From: Abditibacterium sp.
GTDB taxonomy: Bacteria; Armatimonadota; Abditibacteriia; Abditibacteriales; Abditibacteriaceae
Length of the DNA stretch: 64,000 nucleotides
NCBI GenBank assembly: GCA_965246885.1
Contig: OZ251992.1
Coordinates: 480,001 to 544,000 of the forward strand
Direction of reading: 5' to 3'
The stretch's first letter is position 1; each line of letters opens with the position of its first letter. Shown piece by piece: positions 18,591 through 28,655 of the stretch. Below the pieces are notes generated by a model. It ran no database searches, had not been told where the DNA came from, and saw nothing but the letters and a program-made list of their open reading frames with translations. The translations under genes and the position numbers were made by a program.

Positions 18591-21197
18591 TCAGCCCGCC
18601 ATTGCGACGACCAAGTGGCCCGTTTCGGGGTTCCAGTCCACGTGCGCGTCCAAGCCTTCCTCAAAAAAGCGGGTGGGCACCATCGTGCGGCCCTCGAAAA
18701 GGAACGCGGCCAGTTGCATCATCACCTGCTTGTTGTTGACCGACGCGAACTTGGAGCCGACCGTAACCCGCACTGTCGAGGCGCCTTTGCGCGCGACGAC
18801 TTCCTGCTTCGCGGCGTCCCATGTGATGGTGCCGCCGGTGTGCTCGAACAAAAAGCGCATCGCGGTGAAGGACGTGTCGCCCGCAAGAAGCGTAGCGACA
18901 TCGCCGCGCACGCGCTGGCCGTTGAAGGACAACTGCACTTGGCGCGGCAGTTGAACCCGCATGCCGGGGATGACGCGCATGTCAGTCGTCCAGTTGTTCG
19001 CCGCCGCGACCAACTCCACCGGCAAGCCGTAGTGCTGTGCGACGGCGCGCAGCGTGGTGTGATGGCGCACCTGATGGAAGCTGGGCAGGGACGAGTTAAA
19101 CGCCACGCGCACCGGCGACACGGTAATGGACGGCTGAATCGGTGGCGCGCTTTGCGGCGCGACTTCGACGGCGTGGGCGTCGGGCAACCCGACTTGCGGC
19201 GCGCGGGCCACGCGCGGCAGAGTCTTGGAAAGCGGCGCCACGCCCGCGCGCACCCCGTCGCGCCCCGTCGCACGCTCGCTCAAAACGGGCGCCGGAAGGG
19301 GAGCCACGTCGGTTGACTTGGCCGATAAGGTGGGCGCTTTGATTTGCGTCGGCGGAAGCGGTGGCAGAGCGTCCTTTGGGGCGACTTTGGCCTGCGTCAC
19401 GGTTTTGGCGGCGACCTTGGCGACTGCATGGCGCGTGCGCTCGTGACGTGGGCGTTCCTGTACTGCCGCGCGGCGCGGGGTGGCGCGCAGGGCGGTGTCG
19501 GGCGCCGATACGAGGAGCGCGACGGGCGCGGGTTCGGCGGGCGCCGCGACGGGGATGAAGGTGTGCGCGGTGGCGATGGCGCCCGCGAGCGAGGTGTTTT
19601 GCGAACTGAGCACCGGCTCGACTTCAAGCGAGCGCGCCGGTTGTTCGGGCGGCGTGAGGCGCGCCACTTCAATGCGCGGCGTCGCGGCGTCGGGCGTTTC
19701 GAGGGTGGGCGCGTGCGCCGGGGAGATGGCGCTCGCCGCGTTTTTGGCGGGTGAGAGCGTAGCGTCGGCGGTCGTGAGCGTGGGCACGGTTTCCGTTTCG
19801 CTGGGCGCGGCGGACGCTTCTGGCGCGACGGCGGGACGCGGCGACTCGGTCGGGGGCGTCAGTCGCGCGACGGCAGACGTCTGTCGGCCAATCGCAGACG
19901 TCTGGGAATCCCCGACAGGCATGTGGGAATCAGTGACAGACGCGCGGGAATCGCCGCCAGAGGTGTGGGAATCAATCCCGGACGTCTGCGACGCGATGAC
20001 AGACGTCTCTGTCGGCGCGCTTAACTCCGGCATCGCGGGAGAGACGGACTTTTCCGCGCGCGCAACCTTAGTTGTGGGCTTACCGGCGCCTGTGGATGCC
20101 GGGGCGGGGCGCGGCGCGAGCGAGGGAAGGGCGATTTTGCCGACCGGGGCGGCGGTGCTCGTCGCGGCGACTGGCGAAGTGCTCGGCAGGGGTAGCTTGG
20201 GCAGCAACTTGTAACCGACCGGTACTTTGGGAAGGGTGGCGGTCTTGGGGGTGGACAAGATGCCGCCGATGGAAGCATCTGCGAGGGGTTTGGGCGTGGG
20301 CGGGTTTACGGCGACTGCAACGGGCTTGGGGGCGTGCGCGGCTTGCGTGACTTTGGTTGCAGTTGCGGCTTTGGAGCGCAGGTTGTCGAGCGACTCACTC
20401 AAGGTCGTGGCGTTGGTGGGGTTATTGACGACGCCAATGGTAAGCGGGGGCGAGTGGCCTTCTTGCTCCATCGAGTCCCACGCGCGGGCGGAGAGAGCGT
20501 AGAGGCCGTCGGCGACTTTGGTGGTGTCGAGGTCAAAAGCATACGGCGGGCGCGACAGGAGCCACGAACGCTGCGCGGGCTGCTTGTCGGCTTTCTCTAT
20601 GGGATTGAGCGAAACGATGATCCACTTCACGCCGAAGTTGTCTTTGGCGCCCAGTTCGATGCGCGCCGTCCCCGACAATTGCTGGAAGGCTTGGACGTTG
20701 TTCCAACGCAGGTCGGGCGGCGTGGTGTCGCGCGTTCCGGCGTTGTTGATGTAGACGCTGACTTCCGTCCAACCGCGAAAGCCTTGTGTGTCGGTCACGC
20801 GCACCGACAAGCGGTGCGAGCCATCGGGCGTCGCGCGTGTGTCCCAATCGAACGAGGACGACGCGAGCGACGAGAGCGGCAACACGTTCGAGGCGGGCTT
20901 GTCGTCCAAGAACAGTTGGATGGTGGCCGGGTTGAACTGCGTGGCGCGCACGCCCACGAGGATGCGGGCGCGGCCCTTGAGCACGTCTTGATAAGCGGGC
21001 GCGATGATTTGCACTTTTGGGCCGTTTTCATCGCCGCCCACAACTGGAGATGCCAAGGCGAGCGGCGCGTTGGGGAACACGAGCAGCGCACCTGCCGCGA
21101 CGGTCATCCCCCAGAAAAGCGGCGACAAACGGGCGCCGCGCGAGCGCGACGACAGGGCGAAAGGGCCAAACGAGTGGCGCAAAAACCGAGAACGCAT
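18591..21197 (-). CDS. Secreted protein: two Ig-like (Big) domains, long Pro/Ala/Thr linker, LysM, copper-amine-oxidase N-terminal (stalk) domain
   Basis: WDTRATPDGSHRLSVRVTD, LDTTKVADGLYALSARAWD, TLRAVAQHYGL..LVAAANN, GRTMVPTRFFEEGLDAHVDWN. Confidence 0.8.
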   Translation of the reverse strand: MRSRFLRHSFGPFALSSRSRGARLSPLFWGMTVAAGALLVFPNAPLALASPVVGGDENGPKVQIIAPAYQDVLKGRARILVGVRATQFNPATIQLFLDDKPASNVLPLSSLASSSFDWDTRATPDGSHRLSVRVTDTQGFRGWTEVSVYINNAGTRDTTPPDLRWNNVQAFQQLSGTARIELGAKDNFGVKWIIVSLNPIEKADKQPAQRSWLLSRPPYAFDLDTTKVADGLYALSARAWDSMEQEGHSPPLTIGVVNNPTNATTLSESLDNLRSKAATATKVTQAAHAPKPVAVAVNPPTPKPLADASIGGILSTPKTATLPKVPVGYKLLPKLPLPSTSPVAATSTAAPVGKIALPSLAPRPAPASTGAGKPTTKVARAEKSVSPAMPELSAPTETSVIASQTSGIDSHTSGGDSRASVTDSHMPVGDSQTSAIGRQTSAVARLTPPTESPRPAVAPEASAAPSETETVPTLTTADATLSPAKNAASAISPAHAPTLETPDAATPRIEVARLTPPEQPARSLEVEPVLSSQNTSLAGAIATAHTFIPVAAPAEPAPVALLVSAPDTALRATPRRAAVQERPRHERTRHAVAKVAAKTVTQAKVAPKDALPPLPPTQIKAPTLSAKSTDVAPLPAPVLSERATGRDGVRAGVAPLSKTLPRVARAPQVGLPDAHAVEVAPQSAPPIQPSITVSPVRVAFNSSLPSFHQVRHHTTLRAVAQHYGLPVELVAAANNWTTDMRVIPGMRVQLPRQVQLSFNGQRVRGDVATLLAGDTSFTAMRFLFEHTGGTITWDAAKQEVVARKGASTVRVTVGSKFASVNNKQVMMQLAAFLFEGRTMVPTRFFEEGLDAHVDWNPETGHLVVAMAG
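19873..20010. repeat. In-frame 21-bp tandem array (about 6.5 units) inside the LysM/stalk gene
   Basis: Units with core CAGACGTCTG/GGGAATC; encodes 7-aa repeats TSVIASQ TSGIDSH TSGGDSR ASVTDSH MPVGDSQ TSAIGRQ. Confidence 0.8.
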
Positions 21198-21445
21198 AAA
21201 GGTTGTCAGAAGGCGGCACCCCACCTTTGGAGCACGCGCAAAGCAGCCGAAATAAAGTGGTCGCCGCGCGCACCGGACGCAAACTCCGGTGCTGACGCGA
21301 CGCAAAAACGCGCGGGTAATCCGCCAAAGGTTATCAGCCTCAGGCAGGAAAGTCAAAGAACCCGCGCGCAGTCATAACAATCCGGGGCGCCATTCCAAGC
21401 CGCCGTGTAGACTTTGGGAAGGTTTCTCCCCACAACCGCCCCACT

Positions 21446-21865
21446 ATGCGCCTTGGCAACACGACGAAATACGCTTTTGAAGCGTTAGCCTACCTCATCC
21501 GTTCTTTCGCGCGCGACGAGTGGGCGCAAATCAGCGAAATCGCCCGCGTGTGCGACATCCCGCGCAAATACCTCGAACAAGTTTTGCTCGACCTGAAGAC
21601 CGCCGGGCTGCTCGAATCCAAAAAGGGGCAGGGCGGCGGCTACCGTTTGGCGCGCTCGCCCGACCAAATCTCGGTCGCGCAGGTGCTGGGCGCCATCGGC
21701 GGCGAACTGGTGCCGCTTCCCGATTGGCTCAGCGACCGCAGCGCACACTTTTCGACAGAGTCGGGCCTGCGCGACGTCGTCGCCCGCGCCCGCGACACCG
21801 TCGAGGCGCTCTTTCAGGACACTTCCATCGAAGTGCTGGTTTGTCGCCCCAGCGCATGGGTGTAG
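21446..21865 (+). CDS. Rrf2 family transcriptional regulator
   Basis: ISEIARVCDIPRKYLEQVLLDLKTAGLLESKKGQGGGYRLARSPDQISV; lacks the three-Cys Fe-S motif. Confidence 0.92.
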   Translation: MRLGNTTKYAFEALAYLIRSFARDEWAQISEIARVCDIPRKYLEQVLLDLKTAGLLESKKGQGGGYRLARSPDQISVAQVLGAIGGELVPLPDWLSDRSAHFSTESGLRDVVARARDTVEALFQDTSIEVLVCRPSAWV

Positions 21866-21874
21866 CGCGGCCCC

Positions 21875-22135
21875 TCAGCGCGCCGTCATTGTGGGCTTCG
21901 CTTTGACGGCGACCCGCTTTCCCCGCGCGGGCGTAATCTTCGCGACGGCGCGCGTGGCGGGCGCTTCGTTGACGGGGTAGCCTTGGAGGATGCCCGCCGC
22001 CGCCAAGCGTTGCACGGCGGCAAAAGCCCAGTGGGTGCGCGGCACGTCGCGGAAAAGCGGCGCGGTGGGTGCGGTTTGCGCCATAGCGCCCGTTGCCAAG
22101 GCACCTGTCAAGAGGAGAAGAAGGGTGATTTTCAC
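21875..22135 (-). CDS. Small secreted single-SLH-domain protein
   Basis: Signal peptide plus FRDVPRTHWAFAAVQRLAAAGILQGYP. Confidence 0.8.
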   Translation of the reverse strand: MKITLLLLLTGALATGAMAQTAPTAPLFRDVPRTHWAFAAVQRLAAAGILQGYPVNEAPATRAVAKITPARGKRVAVKAKPTMTAR

Positions 22136-22237
22136 CCTTGTTTAGACGCGCAACGAGTGGTGCCCGCATCACATCGGAAGGGCGGAGTTCACCGTCCTTG
22201 TCACACCATTTCGCAAACTCAACGCGGGATACATGCG

Positions 22238-22909
22238 ATGACGCTCGAACTGCAACCTTATCTGGAACAACAGCTTTGCTGGCCCGCGTCGGGACGGCAC
22301 ATTCTGGCGCAGTTCGACGCCGATTCGGTCGTGGTCTATCAAGCGTACAGCGCGCGTATCGGGGAGTATGCAACCCGTTATGGGCGTTTTGGCGGCGAGT
22401 TTTCCTTTGGGCGCATGAGTTGGATCAAGCCCAATTTCTTGTGGATGATGTATCGCTCCGGCTGGGGCGAAAAAGATGGCCAAACCCACGTGCTGGCGAT
22501 TCGCGTCCGGCGCACCCTGTGGGATGAGATTCTGGCGGGGTCAGTGCCTTCGTCGTTCAGCGCGGCGCTTTACGAGTCGCCCGAAGCATGGAAAGCCGAT
22601 ATCGCGCGCTCCGAGGTGCGTTTGCAGTGGGATCCCGACCATGCGCCACGCGGTCAGGCCTTGGAGCGGCGCGCGGTGCAATTGGGCTTGCGCGGTGAAA
22701 CGCTGCGCCGCTTTGCGACGGAAGCCCTCGCCATCGAAGACGTTTCCGAGTTTGTCCGCGCGCAAAAACGGGTGGTTGATGGCGCACCTTGGAGCCTGCT
22801 TCAAACGCCCCGCGAACGGGTTTATCCAGTCAACAACCCCGACGCGGCGCGGCGCTTGGGCTTGGCGAAACTTGAGACAGAACAAGCGGGGAGCGGGGAC
22901 GACCTTTAG
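22238..22909 (+). CDS. DUF4291 family protein
   Basis: VVVYQAY, RMSWIKPNFLWMMYRSGWGEK, VRLQWDPDH, RRAVQLGL. Confidence 0.85.
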   Translation: MTLELQPYLEQQLCWPASGRHILAQFDADSVVVYQAYSARIGEYATRYGRFGGEFSFGRMSWIKPNFLWMMYRSGWGEKDGQTHVLAIRVRRTLWDEILAGSVPSSFSAALYESPEAWKADIARSEVRLQWDPDHAPRGQALERRAVQLGLRGETLRRFATEALAIEDVSEFVRAQKRVVDGAPWSLLQTPRERVYPVNNPDAARRLGLAKLETEQAGSGDDL

Positions 22910-22919
22910 ACTGGGCGCT

Positions 22920-24068
22920 ATGTCCGTCCCCTTGAAAGTGTTTTTGGTTGTCGGCACGCGGCCCGAAGGTGTGAAGATGGCGCCGCTCGTCAACCTGCTT
23001 CGCGCCCGCCCCGCCGAGTTTCAGGTGGTGCTGTGCACCACCGGGCAGCACTCCACTATGCTCGATGCCGTGATGAACTCCTTTGGCATCGCGGGCTACA
23101 ACTACGACCTGCATATTATGTCGCAGGGGCAGACGCTCACGCAGATAACGACGCGCGCCTTGGAGGGGTTGGAGCCGATTTTGGTCGCCGAAAAGCCGGA
23201 CATCGTCCTCGCGCAGGGCGACACCACGAGTGTTTTGGCGTCGTCGCTCGCGGCGGCTTATCAGAAAGTAGCCTTTGGCCACGTCGAAGCGGGCTTGCGC
23301 ACGGACAACAAGTTCGATCCGTTCCCCGAAGAACTGAACCGGCGCCTCACCACGCAAATATCCGACCTCCACTTCGCCCCGACGGAGCAATCGCGCGCCA
23401 ATCTCTTGCGCGAAGGCGTGCGGGCTGAAGCCATTTACCTCACGGGGAACACCGTCATTGACGCTCTCTTTCAAGTGACCTCGCGGCGCAAAGGCATCGC
23501 GCCCGACGCGAGCCGGGGACGCACCATTTTGGCGACCACGCACCGCCGCGAGAACTGGGGGGCGCCGTTGGAGCAAATCGCCCTCGCGTTTGCCGACATT
23601 CTCGACCGCTTTCCCGACGCGCGCTTGGTGCTTCCCATGCACAAGAACCCCGTTGTGCGCGAGCCGCTGCAACGGATTCTGGGCGCCAACCCGCGCGTGT
23701 CGCTCATCGAGCCGCCCGATTACTTGGAGTTCGTGCGCCTGATGGAAACGGCGCACCTGATTCTGACCGATTCGGGCGGCGTGCAAGAGGAAGCGCCCTC
23801 GCTGGGCATCCCCGTCCTCGTTTTGCGCCGCACGACGGAGCGGCCCGAAGGGGTGGATGCCGGAACTTCGACGCTCATCGGCACCGAGCGCGCCGACATC
23901 GTGCGCGCCGCGTCCGCGCTGTTGGGCGACGAGGCGGCGTATGCCCAGATGAGTCACGCCGCCAACCCGTATGGCGACGGGCGCGCCGGGGAGCGCATTG
24001 CCGAGGCGCTGCTTCACTGGGCCGGACGCGGGCCACGCCCCGCCGACTTCGATTACCAAGGGCGGTAG
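22920..24068 (+). CDS. wecB: UDP-N-acetylglucosamine 2-epimerase (non-hydrolysing)
   Basis: GTRPEGVKMAP, TGQH, QGDTT, HVEAGLRT, PFPEE, HRREN, TDSGGVQEEAP, NPYGDG. Confidence 0.96.
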   Translation: MSVPLKVFLVVGTRPEGVKMAPLVNLLRARPAEFQVVLCTTGQHSTMLDAVMNSFGIAGYNYDLHIMSQGQTLTQITTRALEGLEPILVAEKPDIVLAQGDTTSVLASSLAAAYQKVAFGHVEAGLRTDNKFDPFPEELNRRLTTQISDLHFAPTEQSRANLLREGVRAEAIYLTGNTVIDALFQVTSRRKGIAPDASRGRTILATTHRRENWGAPLEQIALAFADILDRFPDARLVLPMHKNPVVREPLQRILGANPRVSLIEPPDYLEFVRLMETAHLILTDSGGVQEEAPSLGIPVLVLRRTTERPEGVDAGTSTLIGTERADIVRAASALLGDEAAYAQMSHAANPYGDGRAGERIAEALLHWAGRGPRPADFDYQGR

Positions 24069-24091
24069 GCCGGGGCCTCCCGAACGGACAT

Positions 24092-25288
24092 ATGTTCTCC
24101 AAATTCAAACCCTTCAACCAGTGGGACGAGCGGCGCTGGCTCACCTTCATCGCCCTCGCCACGCTTGTGGTGTCGCTCGTGTGGCGCTTGCCCGAAGAGT
24201 TGCGTTACTTCGCGGCGCGCGGCGGGGAGTTGCTGGTGGCGCTTACGCTCGCGCTGTCGCTGTATTATGTGTTGCGGCCCGTCGTGCGCTTTTTGGAAAG
24301 CCGCTCTAAAGGGCGGGCCGGAGGGCGCACGATGGCGACGCTCCTCGCGTTCGTGCTGTTGTTCGGCGTCGGGTACCTGTTTTTCCTCGTGGGCTTCAAG
24401 CCGTTGCAAAGCGACGTGAGGGAGCTACTGAAGGGATTTTTGGCGCGCACCCCGGCAGAGCGGGCCGCACTCATGGAGCAGTGGAAGGGCGCGCTCCAAA
24501 CCGCGCTCGCGCCGTATCGCGGCTTCGTGCCCGACACCATCGCGGACGATCCCGTCGCGTTTCTGACGGCCCAAGCCACTCCGTTGTGGCACCGCGTCGG
24601 GACGTGGTTGGGGCACCAAACGGGGCATCTGGGCTTCATCGTGGAACTGCTGCTCATCCCGGTGCTGGCGTTCTACTTCCTGTCGGACGGGCAAGCAATC
24701 CGCCACGAAGCGCGCGTCTTGTTTCCGCTCACTTGGCGCCCGCGACTGGCACGGATGGGCGCGCAGTTCGACCACATTCTCGATGGCTATGTGCGCGGGC
24801 AGGTGTGGATGTGTCTGATCGCGCAGGTGCTGGTGACGCTCGCCTTGCTGGTCTTGCACGTTCCGCATGCCCTGACGTTGGGGCTAATCGCGGGGCTAAC
24901 GCGCGCCATCCCGGTCGTTGGGCCACTGCTGGGAGGGATTCCGCTCCTTGGCGCGTGCCTGTTCTACACGCACTCCCTCCCCACGACGGGCCTCCTGCTG
25001 GGCGCGTTCACGCTTATGCACTTTCTGGAGTCGAAGGTGCTCCTGCCTAAAATCGTGGGACATCACGTGGACTTGCACCCGGTGACTGTGATTATGGCGC
25101 TGCTGGTGGGGTTGGAGTTCTTCGGGGCTATGGGCGTCATATTAGCGGTGCCTATCGCGGCGATGATTAAGGTGCTGCTGACGGAATACCACGACGCGCA
25201 GGAGAAACGGCTCGCCCTCGAAGCGCCCAACGGGGTCGCGCGCTTGGAGGGTGAACCGCAAGCCACACGCGCCGAGCGGGTCTCGTGA
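24092..25288 (+). CDS. AI-2E family transporter
   Basis: Multi-TM; FYFLSDG, GYVRGQ, IPVVGP, LLPKIVG..VDLHPV, GVILAVP. Confidence 0.9.
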   Translation: MFSKFKPFNQWDERRWLTFIALATLVVSLVWRLPEELRYFAARGGELLVALTLALSLYYVLRPVVRFLESRSKGRAGGRTMATLLAFVLLFGVGYLFFLVGFKPLQSDVRELLKGFLARTPAERAALMEQWKGALQTALAPYRGFVPDTIADDPVAFLTAQATPLWHRVGTWLGHQTGHLGFIVELLLIPVLAFYFLSDGQAIRHEARVLFPLTWRPRLARMGAQFDHILDGYVRGQVWMCLIAQVLVTLALLVLHVPHALTLGLIAGLTRAIPVVGPLLGGIPLLGACLFYTHSLPTTGLLLGAFTLMHFLESKVLLPKIVGHHVDLHPVTVIMALLVGLEFFGAMGVILAVPIAAMIKVLLTEYHDAQEKRLALEAPNGVARLEGEPQATRAERVS

Positions 25289-26097
25289 TGCCTGACTCTT
25301 CTGGCGTCTCGTGGCAGCAGGCTCTCCTGTTGGGCGCGGTGCAAGGGCTGACCGAGTTCATCCCCGTCTCCTCGTCGGCGCACCTCAACATCACGCACGC
25401 CCTGATGGGGCAAGGGCGCAACTTGCCCTTCGATGTGTTTTCCGGTGTGGGAACAACGGCGGCGCTCGGATGGACTTATCGCCACGAGTGGAAAGCCCTG
25501 CTTTGCGATCCCAAGCAGCGCCCGTTGCTCGGCATGGTGCTACTGGCGTGTGTGCCTGCGGTGTTGGTGGCGGCTTTGTCGCCGATTCGCAAGTGGGAGG
25601 ACACCTCGAAACTTTTCACCTCGCCGTTTTACAATGGTTTGTGGATGCTGCTGGGCGGCGCGCTCCTGCTCGCGGCGGACAGTGCGGGCGCGAAGACGCG
25701 CGGGGTCGCGGATATACAAACGAGCGACGCGCTACTAATTGGCGCCTCGCAAGCCTTGGCGCTTGTGCCCGGCTTTTCGCGGTCGGGAACGACGATGGCG
25801 GCGGGGCTAATGTTGGGGTTGAAGCGCGAGGACGCGGCGCGCTTCTCGTTTTTGCTGTCGCTGCCGATTTCGTTGGGAGCGGTGGCGTTCGAGGGGCGCG
25901 GCGTTGCCAAAGACCGGGCGCAATTGGGCGCGGGGGCGGGGGAAGTGGGCGTGTGCATCGCGGCGGCGACGGTGTCAGGTTTGGGAGCGATCTGGTTCCT
26001 GCTTAACTATCTGCGCACGCGCGGCATGGCGCCCTTTGGGGTGTGGCGCGCGGTCGTTGGACTTGGGGCGATGCTTTGTTTTTCCAAAAAGCGGTAG
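25285..26097 (+). CDS. uppP: Undecaprenyl-diphosphate phosphatase
   Basis: LGAVQGLTEFIPVSSSAHL, QALALVPGFSRSGTT, AARFSFLLS. Confidence 0.95.
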   Translation: MMPDSSGVSWQQALLLGAVQGLTEFIPVSSSAHLNITHALMGQGRNLPFDVFSGVGTTAALGWTYRHEWKALLCDPKQRPLLGMVLLACVPAVLVAALSPIRKWEDTSKLFTSPFYNGLWMLLGGALLLAADSAGAKTRGVADIQTSDALLIGASQALALVPGFSRSGTTMAAGLMLGLKREDAARFSFLLSLPISLGAVAFEGRGVAKDRAQLGAGAGEVGVCIAAATVSGLGAIWFLLNYLRTRGMAPFGVWRAVVGLGAMLCFSKKR

Positions 26098-26228
26098 CCT
26101 CGCCCACTGGCCTCGCCCACTGGCCTCCCTCTTTTTGACGCGAAAGGGGGCGCGCGCGGGTAAAATGTTCGTCAGTTGCTGCAAGCGCAGGCTGACCCCG
26201 GCTTTTCAAGGAGAACCCACTGGCACAA

Positions 26229-28559
26229 TTGATTTGTGGTCGTTGCGGCAAGCCCACTGCCGAGAATTCAACTTTCTGCCCGCAAGATAGCTGGGCCATC
26301 TTCGTAGACCGCCCCGTCACTTCCGACGCGGGCGCGCTGTTTGGCTTTGAATTGCCCGCCGGTTCTGGCCGCTTGGCGCGGCGCCGACAGGAAGGCATCT
26401 GCGCGCAACTGGCGCACTCCTACGAGGACAACTTGCAACGGCGCAACGACGCGCTCGAAAAGCGCCTCGAAGCCGAGCCGGATTCCTACGAGGTTTTGCG
26501 CGCCCTCGCGCTTATTGCCTACCTTGAAGGGCAACTGGCGCGCGCCGCCACCCTCTTCGAGCGCGCCCACAAAGCCAATCCCGACGACCTTGAATCCGCC
26601 GTCAACTTCGCCATCGTTTTGGCGCGGCGCGGGCAATTGCAGCCCTCGCTCAACCTCTTGAACGAACTGCGCAAAGCGCACCCCGATTCGCCCTTTGTTT
26701 GGCTCAACCTCGCCCTCGTCGCCCTCCAAGCGCACCGCGCGCCGCTCGTTCACGAAGCTGTTGGCGCGCTCGAACAACTGTGGCTCGGCAACGAGCAAAT
26801 CGCCCTTGCCTTTCACGACGACGGCGTCACGGCGCGCGGCCTCGCCTTTTTGCTCGAAGGCAAAGCGCGCGAAGCGTGGGATCAACTCAACGCTTCCGCG
26901 CGCCACGCCATCAACCTCAAAGTCGAAGCGCGCAAAGACGCCGAGCGCGAAGGGTTAACCTTCGACAACGCGGACACTTTCGGCGACGACGAGGCCGGTG
27001 CGGAGGTCGTTATGGAAGGGATGGGCGCCGAAGCGAGCGCGCTCAATAACCTCGCTATCGCCGAAGCCGAAATGGGTGAACTGACGCGCGCCCAAGCGCG
27101 CTTGCGCGCCGCGCTACGCTTGGAGCCGGGCAACAGCGCCATCTTGAACAACATCGGCGTCCTCGCGTATCGCGGCGGCAATCTCTCCGCCGCGCACCGC
27201 GCCTTGGAAACCGCGCAGGGCGTCGAAGAGTTTATCGGCAGGCCCGACCCCATCACCAACAACCACTTGGGCGTTGTCTTAGGGTCAATGGGGCGCATGG
27301 ACGAAAGCCTGAACTTCTTCCAACGCGCCGGGTCGGTAGACCACGCCGAGTTCGAGGTCTTTTATAACCTTGGTCGCGCCTTCATCGAACACGGGCGCTC
27401 GGACGTGGGCGTGCCGCATCTGCGCCAAGCCTTTGCCATCGAACCCAACAACGCCGATGTGCACACCGTCTTGGGTGCGGCCTACTTGTTTTCCGGGCGC
27501 CTCAACTTGTATGCCGAAGCGCTCAAGCACCTCAAGCGCGCCGTGCAACTCGACTCGCACTCGCGCACCGGCGCCGCCAACCTCGTGCTGGCGCTCTTGG
27601 AAATCGGCAACCGCGACGCGGCGCGCGGGATATTGAACCAAGCGCTCAAGGTGTTCCCCGGCGCGGCGGAGCCGAACTATCTCGCCGCGCTTATTCTGTT
27701 GTATTCGTTGGAAGGCTCCGACAACCCGGAAACCTTTTGGGCGAGCGCTTCGCAACACTTTGAACTGGCGCGCGCAGCGCGGCCTGATACGGCGGCGGCG
27801 CTTTACAACTCGGCACTGTGCCAATTCATGATGGGCTTCCGCGATACCAGCGCCAAACTGCTCGAAGCCGCCACGCAACGCGACCCCTCGCTTGGCCCCG
27901 CGTATTACCTGATTGGCGTCGGGCACGCAGTCGCCAAGCGCGACAAAGAAGCGCTGGCGGCGTGGAGCATCGCGGCCCAGTTGGAGCCGCTCAACGCCGA
28001 CGTCCACATCAACACGGGCGCGCTCTTGTATCGCATGGGCGACTTCAAGGGCGCGTGCGACGCTTACTTTCGCGCGCACCGCTTGTTGCCCGAAGACCCC
28101 ATCATCCTCGCGTCGCTGGGCATCGCTTTCGCGCGCCGCAAGATGTTCGCGCAGGCCATCACTTCGCTCGAACAAAGCCTGCGCATTGACCCGCGCTCGG
28201 CCATTGCCCACTCCAATATCGGCCTCGCGCATTATCTGTTCAACGCCATCGAGCGCGCGATGGAGCACTGGCGCTTGGTGTCGCAACTCGACAAGTCCTA
28301 CGCCGCTTCGCGCGAGGAAGAGCAGCAACGCTCGTTCGACGATTCCATCATCCAAGTGCGTCCGCTTGAATGGAAGAATCGCATCATTGGCATCGCGCCT
28401 GTGTTGCCGCGCCCGCGCACGCGCTTGACGCCCGCCCAAGGCGTTGACCCGTTCCGTATGATCTTGACCGACCCCGCGTTGGCCACCATCGCCGAACAAA
28501 AGCGCCAACTCGAAGCCCAGCGCCGCGTCTTGGGATGGATGAGTTTGAAGACGCACTAA
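26229..28559 (+). CDS. TPR-repeat protein with N-terminal zinc ribbon
   Basis: CGRC..FCPQD N-terminus; many TPR units (ALNNLAIA, ILNNIGVL, FYNLGRAF, AHSNIGLAHY). Confidence 0.88.
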   Translation: MICGRCGKPTAENSTFCPQDSWAIFVDRPVTSDAGALFGFELPAGSGRLARRRQEGICAQLAHSYEDNLQRRNDALEKRLEAEPDSYEVLRALALIAYLEGQLARAATLFERAHKANPDDLESAVNFAIVLARRGQLQPSLNLLNELRKAHPDSPFVWLNLALVALQAHRAPLVHEAVGALEQLWLGNEQIALAFHDDGVTARGLAFLLEGKAREAWDQLNASARHAINLKVEARKDAEREGLTFDNADTFGDDEAGAEVVMEGMGAEASALNNLAIAEAEMGELTRAQARLRAALRLEPGNSAILNNIGVLAYRGGNLSAAHRALETAQGVEEFIGRPDPITNNHLGVVLGSMGRMDESLNFFQRAGSVDHAEFEVFYNLGRAFIEHGRSDVGVPHLRQAFAIEPNNADVHTVLGAAYLFSGRLNLYAEALKHLKRAVQLDSHSRTGAANLVLALLEIGNRDAARGILNQALKVFPGAAEPNYLAALILLYSLEGSDNPETFWASASQHFELARAARPDTAAALYNSALCQFMMGFRDTSAKLLEAATQRDPSLGPAYYLIGVGHAVAKRDKEALAAWSIAAQLEPLNADVHINTGALLYRMGDFKGACDAYFRAHRLLPEDPIILASLGIAFARRKMFAQAITSLEQSLRIDPRSAIAHSNIGLAHYLFNAIERAMEHWRLVSQLDKSYAASREEEQQRSFDDSIIQVRPLEWKNRIIGIAPVLPRPRTRLTPAQGVDPFRMILTDPALATIAEQKRQLEAQRRVLGWMSLKTH

Positions 28560-28655
28560 CCGCCCGCACCCTGCTGGCCAGTCACTTCTTTATCTTCCGA
28601 GCAGGCCGCCTTTTGGATGGTAACTTAAACTGGACTTGTTCGTTCATCTTGTCTT

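Noticed and set aside
17021..18739. 572-aa plus-strand ORF and similar long antisense ORFs (e.g. 27285-28556, 60298-61863, 22830-24059)
   Set aside because: Antisense shadows of well-supported genes, expected in high-GC DNA.
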